Below are positions 18,383-28,650 of a stretch of 28,650 nt of DNA, piece after piece; within the stretch, counting starts at the first letter, position 1; each line of letters begins with the position of its first letter. The translations under genes were made by a program, and so were the position numbers. Below the pieces are notes generated by a model, which was not told the DNA's origin, ran no database searches, and saw only the letters and a list, made by a program, of their open reading frames with translations. The DNA lies in assembly GCA_041548245.1 (NCBI GenBank), contig JBFESZ010000017.1, positions 1 to 28,650 on the forward strand, written 5' to 3'. This DNA comes from Sulfurimonadaceae bacterium (lineage in GTDB: Bacteria > Campylobacterota > Campylobacteria > Campylobacterales > Sulfurimonadaceae).

Positions 18383-19663
18383 TTACAGCTCTACCTTCGT
18401 GATCTCTTTAAGTATGTCGAAAAAATTTGGAAACGAGGTCTGAATACAATCAATATCTTCAATCTTCATTCCACATCTAAGGCCTGCGATAGCAAAACTC
18501 ATGGCAATACGGTGGTCTCCAAAAGAGTTAATCAAAGCAGGTTGCAGGGTACCGCCTGTAACCGTATAACCATCTTCAAACTCTGCTGTTTTGATATCAC
18601 AATTGTTCAGATTGTCTACTACGCTTGATATTCTGTCGCTCTCTTTTACACGTAACTCTTCCGCATTCTTCACAGTACTTGTGCCCTCTGCACATGCCAT
18701 TGCAATAGAGAGTGCAGGCAGTTCGTCGATCAGCCAGGAGATGTTTTCTTCAACGGTAATCGCTTTTAAAGGGGCGTATTTTACATGAATATCACCAATC
18801 GGTTCGTACTTTTCGTCTTTTAGCTCATAAGAAATCTGTGTTCCCATTCTCTCTAACGCTTTGAATGCTTCAATACGTGTAGGATTAAATGTGACGCCTT
18901 CAATCACTACCTCTGAACCCGGAATAATCGCTGCAGCGACTGCAAAGAAAAATGCAGAAGACGGATCAGCCGGTACGCGAATGTGTAGAGGTTCTAAAAG
19001 AGATTTAAGCGGTTTTATCTTAGTCGTTGTTCCACTAACTTCGAGTTCTGCACCCATCCCTTTTAGCATGCGTTCTGTATGGTCGCGGCTCAGTTCCGGT
19101 TCCGTATAGGAACACTCACCATCGGCTGAAAGCGCTGCTAAGATCATCGCTGATTTGACTTGGGCAGAAGCAATTGTGGAAGTATAGTCAAAGGCCTTGA
19201 GACTTCCACCCCTAATACTTAATGGAGCGAGATCACCTTCATGTCTCCCATCTAAAAAAGCACCGATATCTTTTAATGGTTTCGTCACGCGTTTCATCGG
19301 ACGACGTTTAAGATATTCATCACCCGTTAAGACAAAATGCCCTTTTGCAGAGGCCAAAAGACCGCAGAACAGTCGCATTCCTGTCCCTGAGTTTCCACAA
19401 TCTAAAATATCAAAAGGTTCTTGAATACCGTTAGAGCTGATACGAAGCACCCTACCGTCATCTTCAACTTTAGCACCAAGGTCTTTTACGATCTGAAGTG
19501 TGTTCATCGTATCTTCTGCACGTAAAAAGTTTTCAATAACTGATTCTCCCTTAGCCAGAAGGGAAAACATTGCTGAACGGTGGGAAATTGATTTGTCCGG
19601 TGCGATGGCATCACATTTAATGCCAAACCCCTTTTCGATTGAATAGATTGTCGCTGTTGTCAT
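18383..19663 (-). CDS. aroA: 3-phosphoshikimate 1-carboxyvinyltransferase (EPSP synthase, class II type)
   Basis: [60 protein letters not shown]. Confidence 0.98.
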   Translation of the reverse strand: MTTATIYSIEKGFGIKCDAIAPDKSISHRSAMFSLLAKGESVIENFLRAEDTMNTLQIVKDLGAKVEDDGRVLRISSNGIQEPFDILDCGNSGTGMRLFCGLLASAKGHFVLTGDEYLKRRPMKRVTKPLKDIGAFLDGRHEGDLAPLSIRGGSLKAFDYTSTIASAQVKSAMILAALSADGECSYTEPELSRDHTERMLKGMGAELEVSGTTTKIKPLKSLLEPLHIRVPADPSSAFFFAVAAAIIPGSEVVIEGVTFNPTRIEAFKALERMGTQISYELKDEKYEPIGDIHVKYAPLKAITVEENISWLIDELPALSIAMACAEGTSTVKNAEELRVKESDRISSVVDNLNNCDIKTAEFEDGYTVTGGTLQPALINSFGDHRIAMSFAIAGLRCGMKIEDIDCIQTSFPNFFDILKEITKVEL

Positions 19664-21990
19664 CGTAAAGTAATTCCTAACCTATCATTGAGTGCCGTCA
19701 AGATAGAGTCCATTGAAGAAGTAATATCTTCCTCTTCAAGAGTCTTCTCTTCTGATTGAAGCATAAAACGCAGTGTCAGACTCATATTCTCACCCAACTC
19801 TTCACTCTCATAGGTATCTACCGGATAAAAACGGACAACTTCAGAACTTTGTGCTTCCTGAATCACGCTTTTTAGTTCCGCATACTTCAATGATTTTGGA
19901 ATAACCACAGAAATATCTCTGTAAGAGGCCTGATATTTAGAATATGAAGTAAACACATTAAGACTATATTTTAAAGTATCAAAACTGATCTCACACAGGT
20001 AGGTACTATCCAAATCGTACTCTTTTTGCACGGAAGGATGCAGTTTAAAAAGTGTTCCGACGACAGTACCATCGACAACCATCTGTGCACTTTGATATGG
20101 ATGAGCAAGTCCATGTGACAACTCCGCTTGGCGAAGCTCAAAGTCTCCGATAACATTAGAAATATTTTGTACAAACTCCGCAAAACCGATGGCTTCTGGC
20201 TTACCATGGTTTGCAATCTTTTCAGCACTCTCTTGACCCGAAAAGACAAAAGCCATATTCGTTGATTCATTACGCTGCCTATCAAAGACAGAACCTACTT
20301 CAAAAAGCTTGACCTGTTTACGCCCCACCTTCATGTTGGCACTTGAAGCATTCAAGAGTCCTAACAAAAGTGTAGAACGAAGCGTGTCAAGTGTCCCTGC
20401 AATCGGATTAAGAAGCTCTAGTTTATCTTCAACGACATCAAAATTAAACTCTTTAAGTTTTTCTCTTTCACCAAAGACAAATTGAACGGATTCAAAAAAA
20501 CCACAATCTGCTGCACGCTGACGATAATGTTTGCGTTTGGCAAAAAACTCACTTGCATCATCGGTATGAGCTTTTTCGGTAAATGAATAAGCCTTTGATG
20601 GGATATTGTCAATACCGATCAGACGTACGATCTCTTCAACAATATCCTGCTCATTGGATACATCATGTCTGAATTGAGGCACACCCACGACGATTTGACC
20701 TGCTTGGGACTTTAACATACTAAAACCAAGGTTTTTGAGCAACTGGGTTACATGTGTCTTCTCTACATCCATACCGATGATATTGTTAATATCTTCAATA
20801 TTCATATGCAGAACTTTCTCTTCAAACGGAGAGATAAGCTCCAGGCTTCCCCCGAATATCTCGGTTTTCGCATAGGTATTAAAAAGTTCTTGACAATACT
20901 CCAGTCCAAACTTGAGATTTGGCTCAGAACCGCGTGAAGTTCTATAGAACAGCGGACCGTTTTCAATCTTATGTTCTGCCATCTTTCTAGAAATAGTATC
21001 CGGATGAATATAGGATGCTTCCAATATCACTATCTCGTCTTCTGGGCTAACACGAGCTTCGTCGTATTGAATGATACCGACTGTGGATGCTTTTGTGTTT
21101 CCACGAGTGATCAGATAACCATTTTCATCAATATCGATAGTGATCTGTGCTTTCTCCTGTTCCATTGGGAATGCGTTGTATCCATAAGCACGTAATATCA
21201 CACCTGAACTATAGGTCGCATAAAACAAGAGTGCGTCAATCGATGACTGGCACTTTTCTTCGATCATAGACAGACGCAGACGTAAAAGTACCGGTAGTGT
21301 AAAATTATTTTTCTTAACGGCCTTATACATCAGATTAACATCTGTCTGTTGTTCGTGATTAAGGTGCAGAATACGGCCAATGCCGATTTGTTTCTCTTCA
21401 TCAGCCGACTTCTGACGCTCTTTTAATTCAATGTCATAAGCAGCAGAAAGATCACGGGCAACACCGTTGATACTCAGACAGTCACCACGATTGGCTGTGA
21501 GTTCAAGTTCGATAAGTTCATCATTCAAATAAGGGTTTTCACTTAGTTCATCACCAAGGTTAAGTTCTCCGATACTCTCATCAAGAATCATAATTCCTTC
21601 TTCAAGTGGAGGAAGCCCAAGTTCAGTTGATGAACAGATCATACCCACAGACTCAACACCACGAAGTTGTACCGGCTTGATCTTCAGACCGCTTGGCATC
21701 TCTGCACCAATAGTCGCTACAGCGACATAAATATCAGGACGGACATTGGCTGCACCACAGACGATTTGACGCGTCGCTGTTCCTATGTCGACCTGACAGA
21801 TGTTTAGTTTGTCTGCATCAGGATGCTTTTCACAAGAAAGAACCTTACCCACAACAATCTTCTTCGGAACGGTATAGACTTCATGTCTATCGACTTCAAG
21901 ACCTATTGCATTAAATGTTTTGGCAAGCTCTTCGCCGCTTTTATCTTCAATATCGATCCACTCATTTAACCAGCTTTTTGTTATTATCAT
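19660..21990 (-). CDS. pheT: Phenylalanyl-tRNA synthetase beta subunit
   Basis: [47 protein letters not shown]....DIVEEIVR, C-terminal RDIS anticodon-binding domain; ATGA overlaps at both ends. Confidence 0.98.
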   Translation of the reverse strand: MIITKSWLNEWIDIEDKSGEELAKTFNAIGLEVDRHEVYTVPKKIVVGKVLSCEKHPDADKLNICQVDIGTATRQIVCGAANVRPDIYVAVATIGAEMPSGLKIKPVQLRGVESVGMICSSTELGLPPLEEGIMILDESIGELNLGDELSENPYLNDELIELELTANRGDCLSINGVARDLSAAYDIELKERQKSADEEKQIGIGRILHLNHEQQTDVNLMYKAVKKNNFTLPVLLRLRLSMIEEKCQSSIDALLFYATYSSGVILRAYGYNAFPMEQEKAQITIDIDENGYLITRGNTKASTVGIIQYDEARVSPEDEIVILEASYIHPDTISRKMAEHKIENGPLFYRTSRGSEPNLKFGLEYCQELFNTYAKTEIFGGSLELISPFEEKVLHMNIEDINNIIGMDVEKTHVTQLLKNLGFSMLKSQAGQIVVGVPQFRHDVSNEQDIVEEIVRLIGIDNIPSKAYSFTEKAHTDDASEFFAKRKHYRQRAADCGFFESVQFVFGEREKLKEFNFDVVEDKLELLNPIAGTLDTLRSTLLLGLLNASSANMKVGRKQVKLFEVGSVFDRQRNESTNMAFVFSGQESAEKIANHGKPEAIGFAEFVQNISNVIGDFELRQAELSHGLAHPYQSAQMVVDGTVVGTLFKLHPSVQKEYDLDSTYLCEISFDTLKYSLNVFTSYSKYQASYRDISVVIPKSLKYAELKSVIQEAQSSEVVRFYPVDTYESEELGENMSLTLRFMLQSEEKTLEEEDITSSMDSILTALNDRLGITLR

Positions 21991-22979
21991 CTAAATTGCT
22001 CCAATAGTCTAACATCACCTTCAAACAGCGATCGTAAATCTGGTATTTGATGAATAAGCATTGCAAAACGCTCAATACCAAGACCAAAGGCATATCCACT
22101 CACCTCTTTATATCCAACGGCCTTAAAAACATTAGGATCAACAATTCCGCATCCAAGCACTTCCAACCATCCGGTTTTCGAACAAACGCGGCAACCTTCT
22201 CCTTTACAGAAGATACATGAGATATCAACCTCGGCAGACGGTTCTGTAAATGGGAAAAATGAAGGACGAAAACGTACATCCACATCGCCAAACATATGGT
22301 GTAGGAATCCTTCAAGAATAAACTTCAAGTTAGCAAAAGAGACCTTACCCTTTTCATCAACCAAAAGACCCTCAATCTGATGAAACATCGGTGTATGTGT
22401 AATATCAAAGTCACGTCTGAAGACTGAGCCCGGCGCAATCATTCGAATTGGGGGCTGAGACTTCATCATCGTACGTATCTGAACAGGAGAAGTGTGCGTA
22501 CGCAAAAGTGACTCATCTTTGAAATAAAAGGTATCCTGCATATCACGTGCCGGATGATACTTGGGAAGATTCAACGCTTCAAAGTTATGAAAGTCGTCTT
22601 CGACCATAGGTCCTGTTTCGACAGAGAAGTTTAGATTAGAGAAATACTCAATTACTCTATCCATCGTATCCATAACAGGGTGCGTCGCACCACGTTGGCT
22701 TGAAGGAGAGAAGAGGGAAACATCAATCCCCTCTGCTTTCATAGCCTCTTTAAGTGCTTCTGTCTCTAATACAACTTTTTTCTCATTCAAAAGTGTATTG
22801 AGCTTTGCCTTCATCTCATTGAGTTCCTTGGCAATACGCGCCTTGTCCTCATTTGCCGCATTTTTCATTTCAGCAAAGGCTTTAGTCAATACACCTTTTT
22901 TACCAAAAACAGCAACACGAATCTCTTCTATTACGGAAGGAGAGTCTGCTGATTCAATCTTTTCTATCCACTCGGTCAA
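21987..22979 (-). CDS. pheS: Phenylalanyl-tRNA synthetase alpha subunit
   Basis: [56 protein letters not shown] start at 22979 preferred because GAAGGA lies 6 nt upstream; the ORF-track start is 23003. Confidence 0.97.
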   Translation of the reverse strand: MTEWIEKIESADSPSVIEEIRVAVFGKKGVLTKAFAEMKNAANEDKARIAKELNEMKAKLNTLLNEKKVVLETEALKEAMKAEGIDVSLFSPSSQRGATHPVMDTMDRVIEYFSNLNFSVETGPMVEDDFHNFEALNLPKYHPARDMQDTFYFKDESLLRTHTSPVQIRTMMKSQPPIRMIAPGSVFRRDFDITHTPMFHQIEGLLVDEKGKVSFANLKFILEGFLHHMFGDVDVRFRPSFFPFTEPSAEVDISCIFCKGEGCRVCSKTGWLEVLGCGIVDPNVFKAVGYKEVSGYAFGLGIERFAMLIHQIPDLRSLFEGDVRLLEQFR

Positions 22980-23013
22980 AGTAGTTCCTTCTTCAAGAGA
23001 CATAGCTCTTAAG

Positions 23014-23100
23014 ATTATAATGTCGCGATTATAGGCAAAAATCCATTACAATCGGCTTTAACGATAAGAACGCCTAACTTTTTTATTTTTAGGTTATAAT
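23014..23100. promoter_or_regulatory. Divergent promoters of pheS and hinT
   Basis: Minus-strand TATAAT at 23019-23014 and 23033-23028; plus-strand TATAAT at 23095-23100 ahead of the AAGGA SD and ATG 23129. Confidence 0.5.
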
Positions 23101-23128
23101 GTTTTTATAGTAAACAAAGGAAAAGAAC

Positions 23129-23485
23129 ATGTGTATATTTTGTAAAATCGTAAATGGAGAACTTCCAGCAAATATGGTCAAAGAGAGTGACGATTTCATA
23201 GCATTTCACGACATCAATCCTAAAGCTCCAGCTCATATCTTAGTTATACCAAAAATCCATGTAGACAGTTTTAACGAAGTCTCCGCAGAGACAATGGCAG
23301 GCATGACATCATTCATTCAAGAGATAGCCGAAACCGTAGGTATCAAAGAGTCCGGATATAGAGTGATCACCAATGTAGGTCACAATGGAGGCCAAGAGGT
23401 AAAACACCTGCATTGGCATGTACTTGGCGGGACAAAGCTCGCTTGGGGACACTTTGCAGATGCCGATCCAAAAGACTTCCTATAG
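23129..23485 (+). CDS. hinT: Histidine triad nucleotide-binding protein
   Basis: CIFCKI, FHDINP.APAHILVIPK, GGQEVKHLHWHVLGG. Confidence 0.95.
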   Translation: MCIFCKIVNGELPANMVKESDDFIAFHDINPKAPAHILVIPKIHVDSFNEVSAETMAGMTSFIQEIAETVGIKESGYRVITNVGHNGGQEVKHLHWHVLGGTKLAWGHFADADPKDFL

Positions 23486-23491
23486 GAAGTC
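23474..23491. repeat. Perfect 18-bp palindrome spanning the hinT stop codon
   Basis: GACTTCCTATAGGAAGTC equals its own reverse complement. Confidence 0.85.
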
Positions 23492-23690
23492 GTTATACAG
23501 AAAAGACTTCTTAATAGAACCCTTTCTTGATCTGTTTCTCCCCTATTCTAATTTTGTTTCAAACAATCACTTTGATTATTTCCCAAAAACAACCTATAAT
23601 CCATATAACAAAGAATGATGATTTATAAAGAGGTTAATATCATAATCTAAAAACATGTATTGAAAAAAGCAGAAAAGACAGTTTTGATTT

Positions 23691-23718
23691 AAATCAGATC
23701 TTTAGCAAGACCTGATTT
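23691..23718 (-). terminator. Hairpin after the OsmC-family gene (possibly bidirectional)
   Basis: Minus strand AAATCAGGTCTT-GCTA-AAGATCTGATTT, 12 bp with one G-U pair, 9 nt after the stop. Confidence 0.55.
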
Positions 23719-23727
23719 TATCAGTCA

Positions 23728-24192
23728 CTAAGATGGACAGCATCCTTCAAGTGCACCAAAATCAGTTGTTGACTCACCTGAGATGATCTCAGCCTTGTCA
23801 CGAATCTTTTGACCGTTATGTGTGATAGAATACGTAATCTTCGTAACACCGCGGATAGTGTTCAATGTCGAACAATAGGTCTCAATACTTGCCATGACCC
23901 AGCGTGCCGCCAAGTCGTCTTCTGCCGATGAATTAAAGCTGTAGTCTAAATGGAGACTGTTAAACTTTCTAGGCATATCCTCAGCTCTGACAACATCTCC
24001 GTCAATGACAAGGTCTTTCACTTCAATACCCTGTTTTTGCGGTACCATCACCATGTCTGTCGCCGTACAGCAGATAATTCCTGCCAAAAAATACTCTATC
24101 GGACTGATTGTCGGACAATCTATGATAAAAGACGATTTTTCCGTCTTCGCTTCAAACTTCATTCCATCCTGATGTGTGATCTTTACATTCAT
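23728..24192 (-). CDS. OsmC/YhfA-like family protein
   Basis: SPIEYFLAGIICCTATDM (SP.E.L.....C...D motif), PRKFNSLHLDY and second Cys in SIETYCS; starts immediately after the argH stop (TAAATG) with AGAGGAG SD. Confidence 0.88.
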   Translation of the reverse strand: MNVKITHQDGMKFEAKTEKSSFIIDCPTISPIEYFLAGIICCTATDMVMVPQKQGIEVKDLVIDGDVVRAEDMPRKFNSLHLDYSFNSSAEDDLAARWVMASIETYCSTLNTIRGVTKITYSITHNGQKIRDKAEIISGESTTDFGALEGCCPS

Positions 24193-25578
24193 TTATTTAT
24201 TCTCCTCTAACCATGTATTGAATTTTGCAAGTTGTTCAACCGTGCGGACTGTTGCCGTCCCACCCTCAGATGTTCTTGCATTCATCGAATGCTTAATACT
24301 CAGGTATGGCATTACATTCTTTTGGATACGCTCATCGATAGCCTGCAACTCTTCAAAAGCGATATCGCTCAGGTCAATATTCAGCTCTTCCGATTTAGCG
24401 ACAGCTTTACCAGTAATAAAGTGTGCCTCTCTGAACGGAATATTACAATGTTCCACCAGATAATCTGCTAGATCTGTCGCAGAAAGATGTCCTATCTTAC
24501 ATGCCGCTTCCATATTGTCTTTATGAACGGTTAACGTTAGTAGCGACTCTTTAAGTATCTTTAATGAGATTTCAATAGTTCTGACACTGTCAAAAACACC
24601 CTCTTTATCTTCTTGCGTATCTTTGTTATATGCCAGAGGAAGTCCCTTCATAACCGTCAAAAGACTCATCAAGTTTCCATAGACACGGCCGCTTTTTCCA
24701 CGAAGAAGCTCTGCAGCATCGGGATTTTTCTTTTGTGGCATGATAGAAGAACCTGTCGAATAGGCATCGCTAAATGTGATAAATTTGAACTCATACGAAG
24801 ACCAAAGGATCATCTCTTCAGCAAGACGCGATATATGCATCATCGTCATAGAGATATTAAAGAGAATCTCTATAGCGAAGTCCCTGTCACTTACCGTGTC
24901 TAGACAATTTGTACTGACAGAATCAAAACCAAGCTGATCAGCAGTGATTTGACGATTGATATTATGAGGTGTACCGGCAAGTGCTGCACACCCTAATGGA
25001 GAGATATTGTTTCTTCGATGGGAGTCTTTAAAACGTTCAAAATCACGCTTGAACATTGATCCATATGCCATAAGATGAAAAGCAAAGTTAGTCGGTTGAG
25101 CATGTTGCAGGTGCGTCATCCCTGGGATAAGTGTCTCTGTATGATCACCTGCAACCTTGTGCAAAGCGCTCATCAGATCATGGATCAAAGTCATAATCTC
25201 TGTGTTTTTGCGAAGGACATACCGACGAAAATCCACTGCCACCTGGTCGTTCCGGCTACGAGCGGTATGAAGCTTTTTACCGGTATCACCAATAATGGCT
25301 GTCAGACGCTTTTCTATAGCCATATGCAGATCTTCATCGCTAAGCTCCCATATGAACTCACCGGCTTCTATCTCTTTTTTGACCTGAGCCAATCCTTCTT
25401 TAATAGACACAAGTTCATCTTTGCTTAATATCCCCTGCTCCATCAACATTGTCGCATGAGCAATAGATCCTTCAATATCTTCTTGATAAAGTTCCCTATC
25501 GAACATAATAGATGCATTAAACTCATCCAACAGCGATGACGCGGATTCGCTAAAACGTCCAGACCACATTTTTTCCAT
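24193..25578 (-). CDS. argH: Argininosuccinate lyase
   Basis: [67 protein letters not shown] before ATG 25578. Confidence 0.98.
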   Translation of the reverse strand: MEKMWSGRFSESASSLLDEFNASIMFDRELYQEDIEGSIAHATMLMEQGILSKDELVSIKEGLAQVKKEIEAGEFIWELSDEDLHMAIEKRLTAIIGDTGKKLHTARSRNDQVAVDFRRYVLRKNTEIMTLIHDLMSALHKVAGDHTETLIPGMTHLQHAQPTNFAFHLMAYGSMFKRDFERFKDSHRRNNISPLGCAALAGTPHNINRQITADQLGFDSVSTNCLDTVSDRDFAIEILFNISMTMMHISRLAEEMILWSSYEFKFITFSDAYSTGSSIMPQKKNPDAAELLRGKSGRVYGNLMSLLTVMKGLPLAYNKDTQEDKEGVFDSVRTIEISLKILKESLLTLTVHKDNMEAACKIGHLSATDLADYLVEHCNIPFREAHFITGKAVAKSEELNIDLSDIAFEELQAIDERIQKNVMPYLSIKHSMNARTSEGGTATVRTVEQLAKFNTWLEENK

Positions 25579-25673
25579 AATCGATACTCCGATTTCTAAA
25601 TTACGCCATTTTAGCAAAATAAGACCTCAAAAGAGCTTATAGGCTCCCAATAAACTCATACAAACTGCTGAAG

Positions 25674-27614
25674 TCATCTCTCTTTTTTAAAGCTAATTGA
25701 TCTTGTCAACATATGTGGAAATAACACCATAGTATGGTTAACACTCACAGGAGAGATTCGAAAAGAGATCTCTTCGTCCTCAAATCTAAGTTCTGTTCTG
25801 CCAAGCATGACAGTCAATTCAGATGGAATATCACTCTTATCCAGTAGTTCTGTTTGTGGAATAGATGGCATCGGGATATTTAAATAGTGACAATCCAGAA
25901 CAAAAATATCATCTTTAATAAGATTATCATACGGTGTGGCATTGAGCTGAATCGGCATATTCTGAATTCTGTTTTTTCCTTTTATTGTCAAAGTACCATC
26001 ATCACATGCTTCAACAGATAATGATACTTTAACCTTCTGTCGCAGATGATTTGAAAAAGAGTGTGTGAACAGAGGCTCTCTTCTCTGAAGTGAACAAGCT
26101 ATGTCACTATGCGAACTCTTAGAGACTTCAAATCCAATACGCGAGTCCACATTAGCATCAAACTCTTTATCTACTTCAATAGTATCCAGATGCTGATCAA
26201 ACATCATGCCTTTTGTATGTTGTATCACATAAGAGTTTACCACCTCAACGTCCAGTCGGAGCTTGGCTAGGGTAATCGCATCATAGCTCAAGATCAAACT
26301 CTTCTTTTTCTCACTGCATTGTGATACCAGCAATCTATTCTCTGCCTGACATTCACTCAATACATGGTCATTCTTATCATTGCACCTGTTCTCATCTCTT
26401 TTACATTCATAAAGCAGAAGTTCCTCTTTCGTCCTACAAGCTTCTTGCCGACTGACACAACGTACTTTTTCAAAAGGATTTAGTGTCGAACAGTCCTCGC
26501 ATCGGTGAAACCCATAATGATCGTCACATCCTCTTGTACACTCTTGTAACGATTTAGAACAATCCTTTTTCACCTCATCACATAAAGGGAGTAGGTTTTT
26601 GTCTCTTAGAACGACTTCTTTTGAAAATGAATGATCTTTTTGATCAAGCGTGAAAAAATATTTTTTGATCGAACGAAGGTCTATATTACTCAAAGCCGTA
26701 TTCATCTGTTTTGAAAGGTAGACCTTACTAACATAGCAAGAAGAGTGCTCTTTTATCGCTTCAAGTGAGACACCCATACTTTTATCTAAAAGAGAACTGA
26801 TCTTATCATCTAAATCACTCCAAAGACGAGGACCTATCGAACTTAACACAAGATTCTCAGGAGACTTTTTCAATTCGCTCGCACCAAAAAACACAATACC
26901 GTTGTTATGGATGTAGGGAATATATTTTCTCATCTTGGTTAATATATGAATCGGCGTGGCTGAGTGTAATTTATAATCGGCCGAACGAATAATCTCTTGC
27001 TCATTAATCCCTTTTAAAAAGTTCATATCGACCGGCATACTTAAAGGAAAGTTGCGTATTTCCGTATTAAGCGCCTTCATGAATGATTTTACCGAAGATG
27101 CTATCAGATGTCTGTTCTCATTGCTTTTAATATTATCTTCGACCTGCTCAACTCTTTCAATAATTATTTCATCAAAGTTCGTTCCCATGATAAACTGGTC
27201 GCGTCCTGCCTGAAATTCATGTTTTGCTTTAACATGACCGAATATCTTTCCTTGCAAAGCATCGACTTGGAATGAAAAATCGAGCTTAGAAGAGATTTGT
27301 TGTCCTGATAAAGTAAATTCTAAATGCCCCAGAACAACATTAGAAAACTCTCCTGAATGTAGTCCACAGAAGTATTGAGAAAAATCTTTAAAGTTCATAT
27401 TTACGAGGGAAGAGAGATCATCACGGTGCACATTCAATGCGATATCTATTGATTGTATCGTATCAAGCGCCTCATAAGTTTTTTTAAGTTCTTCAAGCGC
27501 ACTCTCTTCAACAGATTCATATTGCGATGCTTCTTGATCACGCAGTGGCGCACATGCAGATATTAAAAAAAACAATACAGAAAAAATCAAAATATTTTTA
27601 ATATAAAAATGCAT
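25674..27614 (-). CDS. Uncharacterised 646-aa lipoprotein with a 12-Cys insert
   Basis: Signal II peptide MHFYIKNILIFSVLFFLISA|C; long uninterrupted ORF; minus-strand TATAAT at 27643-27638. Confidence 0.8.
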   Translation of the reverse strand: MHFYIKNILIFSVLFFLISACAPLRDQEASQYESVEESALEELKKTYEALDTIQSIDIALNVHRDDLSSLVNMNFKDFSQYFCGLHSGEFSNVVLGHLEFTLSGQQISSKLDFSFQVDALQGKIFGHVKAKHEFQAGRDQFIMGTNFDEIIIERVEQVEDNIKSNENRHLIASSVKSFMKALNTEIRNFPLSMPVDMNFLKGINEQEIIRSADYKLHSATPIHILTKMRKYIPYIHNNGIVFFGASELKKSPENLVLSSIGPRLWSDLDDKISSLLDKSMGVSLEAIKEHSSCYVSKVYLSKQMNTALSNIDLRSIKKYFFTLDQKDHSFSKEVVLRDKNLLPLCDEVKKDCSKSLQECTRGCDDHYGFHRCEDCSTLNPFEKVRCVSRQEACRTKEELLLYECKRDENRCNDKNDHVLSECQAENRLLVSQCSEKKKSLILSYDAITLAKLRLDVEVVNSYVIQHTKGMMFDQHLDTIEVDKEFDANVDSRIGFEVSKSSHSDIACSLQRREPLFTHSFSNHLRQKVKVSLSVEACDDGTLTIKGKNRIQNMPIQLNATPYDNLIKDDIFVLDCHYLNIPMPSIPQTELLDKSDIPSELTVMLGRTELRFEDEEISFRISPVSVNHTMVLFPHMLTRSISFKKER

Positions 27615-27665
27615 TTCTACCCAGAAGTTTTTAAAAGATTATAATCATTTTGTCATAAAAGGAAG

Positions 27666-27693
27666 ATTGAATCTTGAAAGATCAAGATTCAAT
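27666..27693 (-). terminator. Intrinsic terminator of the cytochrome c gene
   Basis: Perfect 12-bp stem ATTGAATCTTGA-N4-TCAAGATTCAAT followed on the minus strand by CTTCCTTTT. Confidence 0.65.
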
Positions 27694-27721
27694 GAGTTGG
27701 AGCAATAATTCAGGAAGATCT

Positions 27722-28063
27722 TTAGTTACACGCAGGTACGTTACCACTATCCTTGGCATATTCGACCATGAAATCACGTAAGTGTTTTGCTTTCTTTCTA
27801 TATTTCTTACTGTTAAAATATTCCCAAGACTTCTTCGCTTTGTCGTTATCAAGGTGAATTCCGGCAAGCTCACTACCTTTGTTTTTACCATTAAGAAGTT
27901 GCTTCCATTCTTTCATACGCTTCGCAGCAGCAACTGCCTGCCCTCCACCATGACACTTACGACATTTTTTTACGTATTCCTTTTGACCTTTATACACTGC
28001 AGCTTCTAATGCAGGTACTGTCAGTAAAAACACACCAATCGCTAAAGAAAGGGGAAATTTCAT
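27722..28063 (-). CDS. Periplasmic monoheme cytochrome c
   Basis: Signal peptide ending ALEA; KGQKEY..KCRKCHG (CxxCH); C-terminal YAKDSGNVPACN; GGAG SD 7 nt before ATG 28063. Confidence 0.9.
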   Translation of the reverse strand: MKFPLSLAIGVFLLTVPALEAAVYKGQKEYVKKCRKCHGGGQAVAAAKRMKEWKQLLNGKNKGSELAGIHLDNDKAKKSWEYFNSKKYRKKAKHLRDFMVEYAKDSGNVPACN

Positions 28064-28366
28064 AAACACACTCCATAATTGAGAGAAACAAGAGAGTCCT
28101 GTGTCAGGGCTTTCTTAATCTAAGATAATCATTTGAAATTATTCTAATACCTAAAGCCTTAAACCTGCCAAAACTGTTTTAATGAATTAACTCAATTGTA
28201 TAAAAAATTCAAATAATTATAAACTATGGGTCAAAATGAAACATAAGGGGAATAATCAGAGCTTGAAAGTATGAACTTTTCTTATTATTGTTCTGTCTTT
28301 AAAATCTGATACAGACTCGATATACATGAGTATACAAGCCCTTTTCTAACATATTGTTTTTTTAAA

Positions 28367-28650
28367 TCAGAGTTGAAACCTATCATATAAAGAATCATCT
28401 TTATCTAAAACCTTTTTATCCTGCAATGCACGGATAACCGAAGGTGTACATTCTACATCACCGGGCCATTCTCTTTCAAAACCGTCCAAACTGTTTTTAT
28501 TAGTGCCATCCACACCAACGCAGTTACCTTTCATGTAGATATCACGACCAGCATCAATATTATTAACGACACGCCATATCAACATATAAGGGTTATCCAA
28601 GTCATTCTTTTGCTCATCGACAAAGACGACAATTCGCAGATTTTCTTCCA
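28367..28650 (-). CDS. 3' end of a UbiD-family decarboxylase (likely menaquinone/futalosine pathway); starts beyond the right edge
   Basis: Frame open to the window edge: ..RIVVFVDEQKNDLDNPYMLIWRVVNNIDAGRDI...VGVDGTNK...FEREWP; matches the UbiD C-terminal pattern (VD..D...W...N.D..RD; DAT.K; WP). Confidence 0.82.
   Translation of the reverse strand, partial: EENLRIVVFVDEQKNDLDNPYMLIWRVVNNIDAGRDIYMKGNCVGVDGTNKNSLDGFEREWPGDVECTPSVIRALQDKKVLDKDDSLYDRFQL

Noticed and set aside
23684-23697. TTGAT-TTAA-ATCAG resembles an FNR box
   Set aside because: It lies between two gene 3' ends and overlaps the terminator-like hairpin, with no downstream gene to control.
8991-27693. The intergenic hairpins as a REP/MITE family or CRISPR remnants
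   Set aside because: Their sequences are unrelated to each other, each follows a stop codon, and there are no spaced direct repeats or cas/transposase genes.
529-28009. Numerous short ORFs (60-163 aa) in the ORF track overlapping the long genes
   Set aside because: They are antisense or frame-shifted shadows of well-supported genes, with no motifs or RBS.
28070-28366. 300-bp gap upstream of the cytochrome gene as a riboswitch or ncRNA
   Set aside because: AT-rich with only a weak hairpin near 28093-28113 that pairs poorly on the mRNA strand; no recognisable RNA motif.

Overview
Chromosomal, mostly housekeeping DNA from a Campylobacterota (epsilonproteobacterial) genome. The gene order and protein style suggest a Sulfurimonas-like free-living lineage (inference). 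Left to right: 5' end of a probable flgS, an orphan membrane histidine kinase and a small hypothetical gene, M18 aminopeptidase, a secreted ankyrin protein, a small membrane protein, dnaE, a DJ-1/YajL protein, efp and a two-gene lapG-lapD c-di-GMP module. Next comes the conserved pheS-pheT-aroA-ispH-rpsA-hyp-serA block with divergent hinT, interrupted here by an antisense orphan response regulator. The window ends with an OsmC-family gene, argH, a 646-aa Cys-rich lipoprotein, a monoheme cytochrome c and the 3' end of a UbiD-family decarboxylase. I found no rRNA, tRNA, CRISPR array, transposase, integrase or phage gene. The most striking observation is that the LapG-type cysteine protease has Ser instead of the catalytic Cys (GDSEDF). 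It keeps His, Asp and the acidic Ca-binding residues, and it stays translationally coupled to an apparently intact LapD receptor. Other candidates are the Cys-rich lipoprotein, the REC protein with an unassigned output domain, a possibly His/Cys-ligated cytochrome and several RNA hairpins. All family calls come from motif recognition by eye; no database search was run.
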